Below the pieces are notes generated by a model. It was not told the origin of the DNA and made no database searches. It was given only the letters and a program-made list of their open reading frames with translations. DNA of 57,132 bases, from assembly GCA_036497085.1 (NCBI GenBank), contig DASXKA010000187.1, positions 1 to 57,132 on the forward strand, read 5' to 3'. Within the stretch, counting starts at the first letter, position 1. Each line of letters opens with the position of its first letter. The DNA comes from Steroidobacteraceae bacterium. Its GTDB lineage: Bacteria > Pseudomonadota > Gammaproteobacteria > Steroidobacterales > Steroidobacteraceae. The position numbers were made by a program, and so were the translations under genes. Positions 1 to 8,000 of the stretch are shown here, piece by piece.

Positions 1-1
1 T

Positions 2-199
2 AGCCGTGCTGTCAAGGGAAAGTCGCCGCAGAGCACCGCCGTCTCCCCGGATGATCGGCGCTCGATGATCGCCGAAGCGGCATACCTGCGCGCCGAGCGC
101 CGCGGCTTTACACCCGGCTACGAGACCGAGGACTGGTTCGCGGCGGAGATCGAGGTGGACGCGCTGCTGAAGGCCGGGCCTGGAGGCGCGGCACAGTAG
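2..199 (+). CDS. DUF2934-domain protein, C-terminal part (5' end outside window)
   Basis: Frame 2 reads ...SPDDRRSMIAEAAYLRAERRGFTPGYETEDWFAAEIEVDALLKAGPGGAAQ with stop TAG 197-199. The AYxxAExRGFxPGxxxxDWxxAE signature is typical of DUF2934. It is absent from the ORF track because there is no start codon inside the window. Confidence 0.6.
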   Translation, partial: SRAVKGKSPQSTAVSPDDRRSMIAEAAYLRAERRGFTPGYETEDWFAAEIEVDALLKAGPGGAAQ

Positions 200-222
200 C
201 GGCGCGCGGGCGCCGCCCGCCA

Positions 223-1260
223 TCAGTGTGCGGGCGGTGAGGGATGCGAGTCCCGGCGCGGTGCCCCGGGCGGTCGCGGCTTGGGCGGCCGGAGTCCGTT
301 CGAGTAGAGCAGCCGGCCGGTCGGCGTGACGAACACTGCATCGAACTCCGGCATGCGGTTGATGATCTCGAGGGTCTTCTCGGGGCCCAACACGAAGGCG
401 GTCTTCGAAAGACCGTCGGTCTGCGTGGCGGTTGGGCCGATGATGGTGGCGCTGCGGACCTTGTTGGCCGAGTGGCCGGTGCGCGGATCGATGATGTGGT
501 GGTAGCGCACGCCCTGCTCGTCGAAGTAGCGCTCGTAGTCGCCCGAAGTTGAGACCGCGGCGTCGGACAGCGGAATCCGCGTCACTACCTTGTCGGGATT
601 GTGCGGGTCGTCCGGGTGGGCGATCGACACCAGCCAGGGACGGCCGAGACGATCGCCCAGCAGCCGGCTGTCACCTCCCGCGGTCACCAGCGCGTGCTGG
701 ATTCCCCGAGCCTTGAGGATCGCGACCCCGCGGTCGACCGCATACCCCTTGGCGATCCCCCCCAAGTCGATGCGCATGCCGGGATGACCGAAGCGGATCG
801 TGTGGCGCGCCGTGTCGAACTCCAGGTTGCGCCAGTTGACGCCGGGCAGCGCCGCCCTGATCTGCTCCTCCGTCGGATGGACGTGCAGGGGATAGTTATA
901 AAGGTAGCCGACGCTCGCGTAGGTGATGTCGAACGCCCCGAGCGTGATCTCGGAGAAGTGCGTCGACAGCCTGATCAGGTCAAAGAGCTCCGGATCGACC
1001 GGCACGGGCTCGTAGGCCGCACGCTGATTGATGTGCGAGAGCTGGCTGTCTGGCTTGTAGTGGCTCATGAGCGCATCGATGCGGCGCATCTCCGCCATGA
1101 CCGCCTCGATCGCCGCATTGCCCCTGTCGGGGTCGTCCTCCCACAGCTGCACGTACACGCGCGTACCCATGATCGCTTCGGTGCGATCGATCCAGGCGGC
1201 GCGCGCCGGCGCCAGGGCGAGCGCTGCGCAGAGACTCATCAGGCCTGCAACCCATCTCAT
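223..1260 (-). CDS. apbE: FAD:protein FMN transferase (ApbE family), exported
   Basis: ORF 223..1368 trimmed to ATG 1258-1260, which gives the signal peptide MRWVAGLMSLCAALALAPARAAW. ApbE-like blocks are present: IDLGGIAKGYAVD, TSGDYERYF, HHIIDPRTG. Confidence 0.85.
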   Translation of the reverse strand: MRWVAGLMSLCAALALAPARAAWIDRTEAIMGTRVYVQLWEDDPDRGNAAIEAVMAEMRRIDALMSHYKPDSQLSHINQRAAYEPVPVDPELFDLIRLSTHFSEITLGAFDITYASVGYLYNYPLHVHPTEEQIRAALPGVNWRNLEFDTARHTIRFGHPGMRIDLGGIAKGYAVDRGVAILKARGIQHALVTAGGDSRLLGDRLGRPWLVSIAHPDDPHNPDKVVTRIPLSDAAVSTSGDYERYFDEQGVRYHHIIDPRTGHSANKVRSATIIGPTATQTDGLSKTAFVLGPEKTLEIINRMPEFDAVFVTPTGRLLYSNGLRPPKPRPPGAPRRDSHPSPPAH

Positions 1261-1382
1261 GGCGCTAGCGTACCGAAGCTCGCACGGCCGTGTCTCAGCG
1301 CCGCTGCGCGTACCGCGAGGCATGGGATTGGGGTATTCTGCGGCTGGTCCGAATCGGCGGTCTCTCATAGGGGGAGTGACGC

Positions 1383-1886
1383 ATGAGACTCAGACTCAAC
1401 AGTTTTATATTCGGCGCACTGTGTGCGCTCGCACTGGGTGCGGCGCCCGCGGTGAGTGTTGCGCAGACGACGGCCGCGGCCCCCGACGCCACTGCGGTGA
1501 AGTGCAAGGACGGCAGCACCTCCGCGCACGGCGGCCGCGGTGCCTGCCGCGGCCACGGCGGCATCGACAAGTCAGCCTCGGCCGGCTCGACCGCGAGCGC
1601 GGCTGCGGCACCCGCCGCTCCGGCGGCTCCCGCGGCAGCCGCGGTACCGGCAACTCCGGCGGCCGCACCCGCGGCGGCTCCGGCCGCCAAAGCCTCCGCT
1701 CCGGCACCGGGGGCGCAGGCGGCCCCGGGCGGCGGCCCGGGCATGGTGTGGGTCAACACGGCAAGCAAGGTGTACCACTGCCCGAGTGACCGATGGTACG
1801 GCAAGACCAAGGCAGGCTCGTACATGACCGAAGCACAGGCGAAGGCGCAGGGAGCGCGTCCGGATCACGGCAAGCCGTGCTCGTGA
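1383..1886 (+). CDS. secreted two-module Cys-motif protein (DUF3761-like N-module, Ala/Pro linker, YHCP...YG.T..G.Y C-module)
   Basis: GGGGGAG RBS upstream and signal peptide ...[10 protein letters not shown]-module [21 protein letters not shown], then a ~50-aa Ala/Pro low-complexity linker. C-terminal [45 protein letters not shown]. Confidence 0.75.
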   Translation: MRLRLNSFIFGALCALALGAAPAVSVAQTTAAAPDATAVKCKDGSTSAHGGRGACRGHGGIDKSASAGSTASAAAAPAAPAAPAAAAVPATPAAAPAAAPAAKASAPAPGAQAAPGGGPGMVWVNTASKVYHCPSDRWYGKTKAGSYMTEAQAKAQGARPDHGKPCS

Positions 1887-1892
1887 CCGGGC

Positions 1893-3080
1893 ATGCCGAG
1901 TCGGCGTGATCTGCTGCTGGCGGCGGCGGGCGGTGTCCTGGGCGGCGCCGCTCGTGGCCTGCTCGCCGCCGACGCCGCTCCCGGCGCTGGGGAACTCGGG
2001 CAGCTGCCCGGCAAGAAGCTTCTGATCCGCCGCTCGTGGCGGCCCCCGAACTACGAGACTCCGCTCGCCGATCTGGTGCCGGCCTTTACCTCGAACGACG
2101 CCTTCTTCGTGCGTTATCACCTCTCGGTCATTCCGGAGATCGACGCCGATACGTGGCGGCTCAAGATCGGCGGAGCCGGCGCACAGAAGCCGCTCATGCT
2201 GACCCTCCGGGACCTCCGGCACGATTTCAAACGCGTCACGCTTGTCGCCGTCAACCAGTGCTCGGGAAACCGGCGGGGACTGTTCTCACCAAGGGTGCCG
2301 GGCGTGCAGTGGGGCAACGGCGCGATGGGTAACGCCGAATGGACCGGCGTGCGACTGCGCGATGTGCTGACCCGCGCCGGCGTCGCGGGCGAGGCGGTCG
2401 AGGTGGTCTTCAACGGAGCCGATGCCCCGGTGTTGCCCGCTACCCCCGACTTCCTCAAGAGCATCCCCATCGAGCGCGCGCTGGATGAGAACACGCTGAT
2501 CGCCTTCGAGATGAACGGGCGTGCGCTGCCGCATTGGAACGGAGCGCCGGCGCGGCTGGTGGTGCCGGGATGGACCGGTACCTATTGGGTGAAGCACCTG
2601 ACCGAGATCCGCGTCGAGACCGCGCCGTTCGACGGTTTCTGGATGGCGGGCGCCTACAGGGTTCCCACGGGAGTCTTCCCTGGCGCCGTCTTCAAGACCC
2701 AGCAAACGCCCCAGACCACCCCGATCACCGAGATCCTGGTCAACTCGCTCGTCACCAGCCACGTATCGGGCGCGCGCGTCAAGACGGGCTCGAAGCTCGA
2801 GCTCGCCGGCAAGGCGTGGGACGGGGGCGCGGGAATCGCCGCCGTGGAGGTCTCGACCGACGGCCGGCAGACCTGGCGGACGGCGGCGCTCGGGAAGGAT
2901 CTCGGGCGGTTCGCCTGGCGCGAGTTCCGTTACCGGCTCGAGACCCAGACGCCGGGTCCGCTCGTGGTGGCGGTACGTGCCCGGAGCCTCGGCGGCGCGA
3001 CGCAGCCGGACAAGCTGACCTTCAACCCCGCCGGCTACCACGACAACATCGTGCAGACCGTCGCGCTGGAGATCGGGTGA
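1893..3080 (+). CDS. sorA: periplasmic sulfite-oxidase-family molybdoenzyme (SorA-like sulfite dehydrogenase catalytic subunit)
   Basis: Tat signal MPSRRDLLLAAAGG. Molybdenum-ligand Cys block VNQCSGNRRG. C-terminal Moco-dimerisation-like domain. A small cytochrome c gene follows directly. Confidence 0.8.
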   Translation: MPSRRDLLLAAAGGVLGGAARGLLAADAAPGAGELGQLPGKKLLIRRSWRPPNYETPLADLVPAFTSNDAFFVRYHLSVIPEIDADTWRLKIGGAGAQKPLMLTLRDLRHDFKRVTLVAVNQCSGNRRGLFSPRVPGVQWGNGAMGNAEWTGVRLRDVLTRAGVAGEAVEVVFNGADAPVLPATPDFLKSIPIERALDENTLIAFEMNGRALPHWNGAPARLVVPGWTGTYWVKHLTEIRVETAPFDGFWMAGAYRVPTGVFPGAVFKTQQTPQTTPITEILVNSLVTSHVSGARVKTGSKLELAGKAWDGGAGIAAVEVSTDGRQTWRTAALGKDLGRFAWREFRYRLETQTPGPLVVAVRARSLGGATQPDKLTFNPAGYHDNIVQTVALEIG

Positions 3081-3373
3081 GAGGCGCACTCGCGGGCGCG
3101 ATGCTCGTCGCGCTTGCCGGCGCGTGGGCGCCGGCGCTGGCGGATGAGGATGCGATCCAGCTGCGCGATGGCAGCTGGCGCGATCTCACCGCGGCACGGT
3201 GCGCCATCTGTCACAGCCTCGACTACATTCCGGGCAACGCGCCCGTCCTGGACCGCGGCGGGTGGCAGAAGGTCATCCTGAAGATGCGCGATCGCTTCGG
3301 CGCCCCGATCACCGACGAGGAGGCACAGCAGATCCTCGACTACCTCGCCGGGAGCTACGCGACCAAGCCGTAG
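3077..3373 (+). CDS. sorB: small mono-haem cytochrome c (SorB-like subunit)
   Basis: GTG 3077-3079 overlaps the sorA stop (GTGA). Signal peptide VRGALAGAMLVALAGAWAPALA, then a single CAICH haem-c motif. The upstream part of ORF 2534..3373 lies inside sorA in another frame and is discarded. ATG 3101 is an alternative start. Confidence 0.65.
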   Translation: MRGALAGAMLVALAGAWAPALADEDAIQLRDGSWRDLTAARCAICHSLDYIPGNAPVLDRGGWQKVILKMRDRFGAPITDEEAQQILDYLAGSYATKP

Positions 3374-3383
3374 CACGCAGCGC

Positions 3384-3797
3384 GTGGACGCCCCAGGCTT
3401 CAGTATCAGCGGTATCGATCACATCGTGCTGCGCGTGCAGGATGTAACTCGCGCGCTCGAGTTCTACCGTGACACGCTCGGCTGCACGGTGGAGCGCGAG
3501 CAGCGCGCGCAAGGTCTCACCCAGCTGCGCGCCGGACGCAGCCTCATCGATCTGGTGGCCGCGGACGGGCCGCTTGGAGGGCGCGCGGCGGCCGGCGCCC
3601 GGCGCGGGCCGAACGTCGAGCACTTCTGCCTCGCGATCGTGCCGTTCGATGAGGGGGCGCTGCGCGCCTATCTCGCGGCGCGCGGCGTCGAGGCCGGCGA
3701 GGCCGCCGTGCGCTATGGGGCGGAAGGCGAGGGGCGCTCTCTCTATATCGAGGATCCGGACGGCAACCGGGTCGAGCTCAAGGGCGCACGAACGTGA
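3384..3797 (+). CDS. VOC / glyoxalase-bleomycin-resistance family protein
   Basis: GIDHIVLRVQDVTRALEFYRDTLG and C-terminal SLYIEDPDGNRVEL are typical VOC-fold blocks. GTG start. Confidence 0.75.
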   Translation: MDAPGFSISGIDHIVLRVQDVTRALEFYRDTLGCTVEREQRAQGLTQLRAGRSLIDLVAADGPLGGRAAAGARRGPNVEHFCLAIVPFDEGALRAYLAARGVEAGEAAVRYGAEGEGRSLYIEDPDGNRVELKGART

Positions 3798-4660
3798 GCC
3801 TCAAAGGCAAGACACTCTTCATTACGGGCGCAAGCCGCGGCATCGGGCTGGCGATCGCGCTGCGCGCGGCGCGCGACGGTGCGAACGTCGCCGTCGCCGC
3901 CAAGACCGCCGAGCCGCACCCGAAGCTCGCCGGCACCGTCCATACCGCGGCCGCCGAGATCGAGCGCGCCGGCGGCAGGGCGCTGCCGCTGGTCGTGGAC
4001 GTGCGTGACGAGGCAAACGTGGTGGCGGCGGCGGGCCAATGCGCCGAGACCTTCGGCGGCATCGACATCTGCATCAACAACGCCTCGGCGATCAATCTGG
4101 CCGCGACCGAACAGATCGATATGCGCCGCTACGATCTCATCCAGCAGATCAACACCCGCGGCACTTTCGTGACTACGCGCGCCTGCATGCCGTTCCTGAA
4201 ACGCGCATCGAACCCGCACGTACTGACGCTGTCGCCACCGCTCGATCTGAGCCCGCGCTGGTTCGCTCCGCACCTCGCCTACTCGCTGTCGAAGTACGGG
4301 ATGTCGCTGTGCATGCTGGGCATGGCCGAGGAATATCGGGCGGCCGGCATCGCCTGCAACGCCCTCTGGCCGCGCACTACCATCGCCACGGCGGCGGTGG
4401 AGTTCGCCCTCGGCGGGCCGGCCATGATGCGCCGCTCGCGCAAGCCGGAGATCGTCGCGGATGCGGCCCACGTGATCCTGTCGCGGCCCGCGCGTGAATG
4501 CAGCGGGCGCTTCTTCATCGACGACAGCGTGCTCTACGAGGCGGGCGTGCGCGATTTCAGCGGCTACAGCGTCGAGCCCGGAGGTACGCTGCTCGCCGAC
4601 CTGTTCATCGCGCGCGACTCGCCGGCGCCGCCCGGGGTCACCCTGGAGTTCATGCGGTGA
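3794..4660 (+). CDS. SDR-family oxidoreductase
   Basis: GTG start overlaps the upstream stop (GTGA). TGASRGIG cofactor motif, NNAS, and the YSLSK catalytic Tyr/Lys block. Confidence 0.85.
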   Translation: MSLKGKTLFITGASRGIGLAIALRAARDGANVAVAAKTAEPHPKLAGTVHTAAAEIERAGGRALPLVVDVRDEANVVAAAGQCAETFGGIDICINNASAINLAATEQIDMRRYDLIQQINTRGTFVTTRACMPFLKRASNPHVLTLSPPLDLSPRWFAPHLAYSLSKYGMSLCMLGMAEEYRAAGIACNALWPRTTIATAAVEFALGGPAMMRRSRKPEIVADAAHVILSRPARECSGRFFIDDSVLYEAGVRDFSGYSVEPGGTLLADLFIARDSPAPPGVTLEFMR

Positions 4661-5676
4661 GCCCGGGCGCGATCAACCGCCGCATCGTCCTCGCACGGCG
4701 CCCGCAGGGTGCGCCGGTGGCGCAGGACTTTCGCCTCGAGGAAGTGCCGGTGCCGGTGCCGGCGCCGGGGCAGGTGCTGCTGCGCACGCGCTTTCTCTCG
4801 CTCGACCCCTACATGCGCGGCCGGATGAGCGATGCACCGTCGTACGCCCCGCCGGTCGCGCTCGGCGCGCCCATGACTGCGCAGACGGTGAGCGTGGTCG
4901 AGGCCTCCGGCAACCCGGCCTACCGCCCCGGCGAGCTGGTCGTCGCCAACGTCGGGTGGCAGGACTATGGAGTGTCCGACGGGCGCGATCTGATCCGGAT
5001 CGATCCCGGGCTCGAACGGCCTTCGTACGCGCTCGGTGTGCTCGGCATGCCGGGACTCACCGCGTACGTGGGACTGCTCGACATCGGCCAGCCCAAGGCG
5101 GGCGAGACGGTCGTGGTCGCCGCCGCCACCGGAGCGGTGGGCTCGGTGGTCGGACAGATCGCGAAGCTCAAGGGCTGTCGCGTCGTGGGTGTCGCCGGCG
5201 GCAAGGCCAAGTGCGACTATGCCGTAGACAGCCTCGGCTTCGATGCGTGCCTCGACCACCGCGCGCCGCAGCTGCGGGAGCGACTGACCACGGCGTGTCC
5301 GAAGGGGATCGACGTCTATTTCGAGAACGTGGGGGGCGAGGTACTCTACGCCGTGACGCCGCTCCTCAACGTCGGGGCCCGTGTGCCGCTCTGCGGCCTC
5401 ATCGCCTGGTACAACCTCGAGAAGCCGCCCGCCGGAGTCGATCGTGCGCCGGCGCTGCTCTCGGCGGTGCTGCGCCGGCGGATCAGGATTCAGGGATTCA
5501 TCATTTTCGACCACTACCATCGCCTGCCCGCCTTCGTCGAGGATATGAGTGAGTGGCTGCGCACGGGCCGCGTACGTTACCGCGAGCAAGTGATCGAAGG
5601 GTTGGAGAATGCGCCCCGCGGCCTCATCGGGCTGCTCGCGGGCGAGAACTTCGGCAAGCTCGTGGTGCGGGTCTGA
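4657..5676 (+). CDS. NADP-dependent medium-chain reductase (alkenal/enone reductase, YncB/CurA/PTGR1-like)
   Basis: ORF 4498..5676 trimmed to GTG 4657 (GTGA overlap with the SDR stop). RFLSLDPYMRGRM, AATGAVGSVVGQIAKLKGCRVVGVAG Rossmann block, C-terminal ENFGKLVVRV. Confidence 0.8.
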   Translation: MSPGAINRRIVLARRPQGAPVAQDFRLEEVPVPVPAPGQVLLRTRFLSLDPYMRGRMSDAPSYAPPVALGAPMTAQTVSVVEASGNPAYRPGELVVANVGWQDYGVSDGRDLIRIDPGLERPSYALGVLGMPGLTAYVGLLDIGQPKAGETVVVAAATGAVGSVVGQIAKLKGCRVVGVAGGKAKCDYAVDSLGFDACLDHRAPQLRERLTTACPKGIDVYFENVGGEVLYAVTPLLNVGARVPLCGLIAWYNLEKPPAGVDRAPALLSAVLRRRIRIQGFIIFDHYHRLPAFVEDMSEWLRTGRVRYREQVIEGLENAPRGLIGLLAGENFGKLVVRV

Positions 5677-5686
5677 GGATGACGCC

Positions 5687-6328
5687 ATGGCGGAGCGCAG
5701 CAAGATCTCCTGGGTGTTCGACGTCATCTCGCCCTTCGCCTACCTTGCCTTCCACGACCTCGCGCGGCTGCCGCCCGACGTCGAGCTCAGATTCGTGCCG
5801 GTGCTGCTCGCCGGCATGCTGTCGCACTTCGGACAGAAGGGGCCGGCGGAGATTCCCTCCAAGCGGCGCTTCACCTACCGCTTCGTGCTGTGGCGCGCGC
5901 GGCAGATGGGCCTGCCGCTACGCTTTCCGCCGGCGCATCCCTTCAACCCGCTCGCGGCACTGCGCCTGGTGATAGCGGCCGGGAGCGACCGCCGCGCCGC
6001 GTCGGTGGTTCTCGATGCAGTGTTCCATGACGGACGCGACGTGACTGACCCGCGGGTGATCGCCGATCTCGCACGGCGGCTCGAGCTCGCCGATGCCGAG
6101 CGCGCGGTGAGCGATCCGCGGGTAAAGCAGCAGCTGCGCGACAACACCGACTGGGCGATCTCGCTCGGTGTCTTCGGCGTGCCGACGCTGGTGATCGACG
6201 AGGAGCTGTTCTGGGGACACGACGCCTTCGAGATGGGGCTCGGCTACCTGGCCGATCGGGAAGCCTTTCGGGACCCTGAGATGCAAGCGGTCGAGACGCT
6301 GCGTGTCGGTGTGGAGCGCCGCCGATGA
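5687..6328 (+). CDS. DsbA-fold 2-hydroxychromene-2-carboxylate isomerase family protein
   Basis: ORF 5609..6328 trimmed to ATG 5687. FDVISPFAY N-terminus and GVFGVPTLVIDEELFWGHD C-terminal block are typical of the HCCA isomerase / kappa-GST-like family. Confidence 0.75.
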   Translation: MAERSKISWVFDVISPFAYLAFHDLARLPPDVELRFVPVLLAGMLSHFGQKGPAEIPSKRRFTYRFVLWRARQMGLPLRFPPAHPFNPLAALRLVIAAGSDRRAASVVLDAVFHDGRDVTDPRVIADLARRLELADAERAVSDPRVKQQLRDNTDWAISLGVFGVPTLVIDEELFWGHDAFEMGLGYLADREAFRDPEMQAVETLRVGVERRR

Positions 6329-7854
6329 CCCGCCTGGCGCGCCGCGGGCTCGCGCTGCTGCTCCTCATGGCGGGGCCGGCGGCAGCGGCCGCCACGGATT
6401 ACTGGGCCTACCAGTACAAGAACATCGATGTGACCGTGGCGGGCAGCAGCGAGTATGCGCGGCATGTCGCGCACAACGCCGACCGTCTTGGCACCGCGCT
6501 CGCTCAGATCCTCGCCTTCAGGGGCGATGCGCGCCCGCCCACTCACATCTATGTACTGCCCGACGAGGAGATCGTCCGGCTGTTGGGATCGAGCGGCCGC
6601 TCGAATTACAACAGCTCGGGCTACGATGCCACCGTGATCGCGAGCCGGGGGGAGGGCAGTGACGGGACGTACTGGGGCGTCTGTTTCGGCTACGTCGGCA
6701 GCGTGCTGGCCGACGAGGGCGCGGCGCGCTATCCGTACTGGCTCCGGCTCGGACTTCCGGAGTTGTTTGCGACGACCGAGTTCGACCACGACCACATCAG
6801 AACCGGCGGCATTGCTCTCGGCTACGCTGTCACGGTCGCGACTGGTTCGCTGATCCCGCTGCGGGCCTTTCTCGCCATGCAGGAGCAGGATCCGCAGCTC
6901 AAGTCCGGTGCGCTGAGCGAGATGTATGCGGCCGAGAGCTGGTATCTCACCCGGGAGATCCTGGCGGAGAGCCGCTATCGCAACGAGTTCGACCGCTACT
7001 TCGCGCTCCTGCGCCAGGGCACGAGTGAGCGGGCGGCGTTCGCCGCGAGCTTCAAGGTGAGCTACGAGGATCTCGACCGGATGCTGCGCGAGGACCGCAG
7101 CGCCCGCGCGCACATGTTTCTGTTGCCGAGCCCGGCGGGCGACGGCTCCGACGCCGTTCCCCCGCGCAAGCTCGCGCCGCCTGAGGTGCAGGCGCGGCTC
7201 GCGCTCGTCAACCTCAAGGTGGGACGGCGCGCCGAGGCACTGCGCCTCGCGGGTGGTGCGCTGCGCGATGACCCGGCCAATGAGCGCGCGTTGCGGGTCG
7301 CGGCACAGGCGCAGCTCGAGGCGGGAAACTATCCGGCGGCGTTTGCCGCGGTGGATGAGCTTTCCCGCAGTGCGCAGCTGTCGCCGGATGCCATGGCCGA
7401 GAGCGCCGCGATACTCACGGTGCTCGCCTCCGCAGTGACCGGCGGTGACGCAGCGCTCGCGGTGGATGCGCCGACGATGCTGCGCTACGCACGGCGCTAT
7501 TATGAGGCTGCCATCGCCGCCAACCCCGAGGACCTGCGTTCCTGGGCGGGGTTGGCGGGCCTGTACGGTGCGCAGCGCGACGGTGCCGCGGCCCACTCGC
7601 TGTTGCCGGCGGCCTCGCAGGCGCTCGCGCGGCACCCAGCCAACGCGAATCTCGCCTACGCCCTCGCACACATGTGCGCGCAGACTCAACAGTGGGATTG
7701 CGCACAGCAGTTCGCCGGCAGCTGGCGCGAGAACGCGCCGACCGAAGCCAGCCGCGCCGAGGCCGTCATCTTCGAGTCGCGCCTCAGCGCCTACCGGCAG
7801 CAACTCGCCAGCGCGCCGCCGGCGGAATCCGCCACGCCGCCGACGCGCAACTAG
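6325..7854 (+). CDS. secreted hypothetical protein with C-terminal TPR-like helical repeats
   Basis: ATGA overlap with the upstream gene. Signal peptide MTRLARRGLALLLLMAGPAAAAA. The ~270-aa N-domain has no motif I can name. The C-terminal half is Ala/Leu-rich helical repeats (LRLAGGALRDDPANERALRVAAQAQLEAGNY...). Confidence 0.7.
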   Translation: MTRLARRGLALLLLMAGPAAAAATDYWAYQYKNIDVTVAGSSEYARHVAHNADRLGTALAQILAFRGDARPPTHIYVLPDEEIVRLLGSSGRSNYNSSGYDATVIASRGEGSDGTYWGVCFGYVGSVLADEGAARYPYWLRLGLPELFATTEFDHDHIRTGGIALGYAVTVATGSLIPLRAFLAMQEQDPQLKSGALSEMYAAESWYLTREILAESRYRNEFDRYFALLRQGTSERAAFAASFKVSYEDLDRMLREDRSARAHMFLLPSPAGDGSDAVPPRKLAPPEVQARLALVNLKVGRRAEALRLAGGALRDDPANERALRVAAQAQLEAGNYPAAFAAVDELSRSAQLSPDAMAESAAILTVLASAVTGGDAALAVDAPTMLRYARRYYEAAIAANPEDLRSWAGLAGLYGAQRDGAAAHSLLPAASQALARHPANANLAYALAHMCAQTQQWDCAQQFAGSWRENAPTEASRAEAVIFESRLSAYRQQLASAPPAESATPPTRN

Positions 7855-7870
7855 CGAGCCTCACGCCGAC

Positions 7871-7880
7871 TGATATATCA
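7871..7880. promoter_or_regulatory. 10-bp perfect AT-rich palindrome TGATATATCA
   Basis: Read directly. It lies in the 146-bp intergenic gap upstream of the hydrolase-TBDR pair, one of the few AT-rich patches in the window. Confidence 0.3.
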
Positions 7881-7946
7881 CCCCGCGTGCGGCCGCCGCC
7901 CGCGCGGCGGTGGAACAACTATTGCGTGCGGCAACGGAGCCGCTAT

Positions 7947-7967
7947 ATATTATCGACAAGATAATAT
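7947..7967. promoter_or_regulatory. 21-bp inverted repeat ATATTATC-N5-GATAATAT (candidate operator; contains Fur-box-type GATAAT/ATTATC hexamers)
   Basis: Read directly: 8-bp perfect arms with a 5-bp spacer, 34 bp upstream of the TTG start at 8001. Confidence 0.4.
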
Positions 7968-8000
7968 TTACCACTGGCCGCAATTCCGACGCGTGTTAGC

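Noticed and set aside
1295-1825. 176-aa and other ORFs (1405-1707, 1540-1827, 1572-2222) overlapping the Ala/Pro-linker gene.
   Set aside because: They are alternative frames or strands of a GCC/GCG-rich low-complexity region. Only the 1383-1886 frame has an RBS, a signal peptide and structured end modules.
7947-7967. Calling the palindrome a bona fide Fur box.
   Set aside because: The hexamers match GATAAT/ATTATC, but their orientation and spacing (ATTATC-N5-GATAAT) do not fit the 19-bp 7-1-7 or 6-6-6 Fur consensus. I keep it only as a generic candidate operator.
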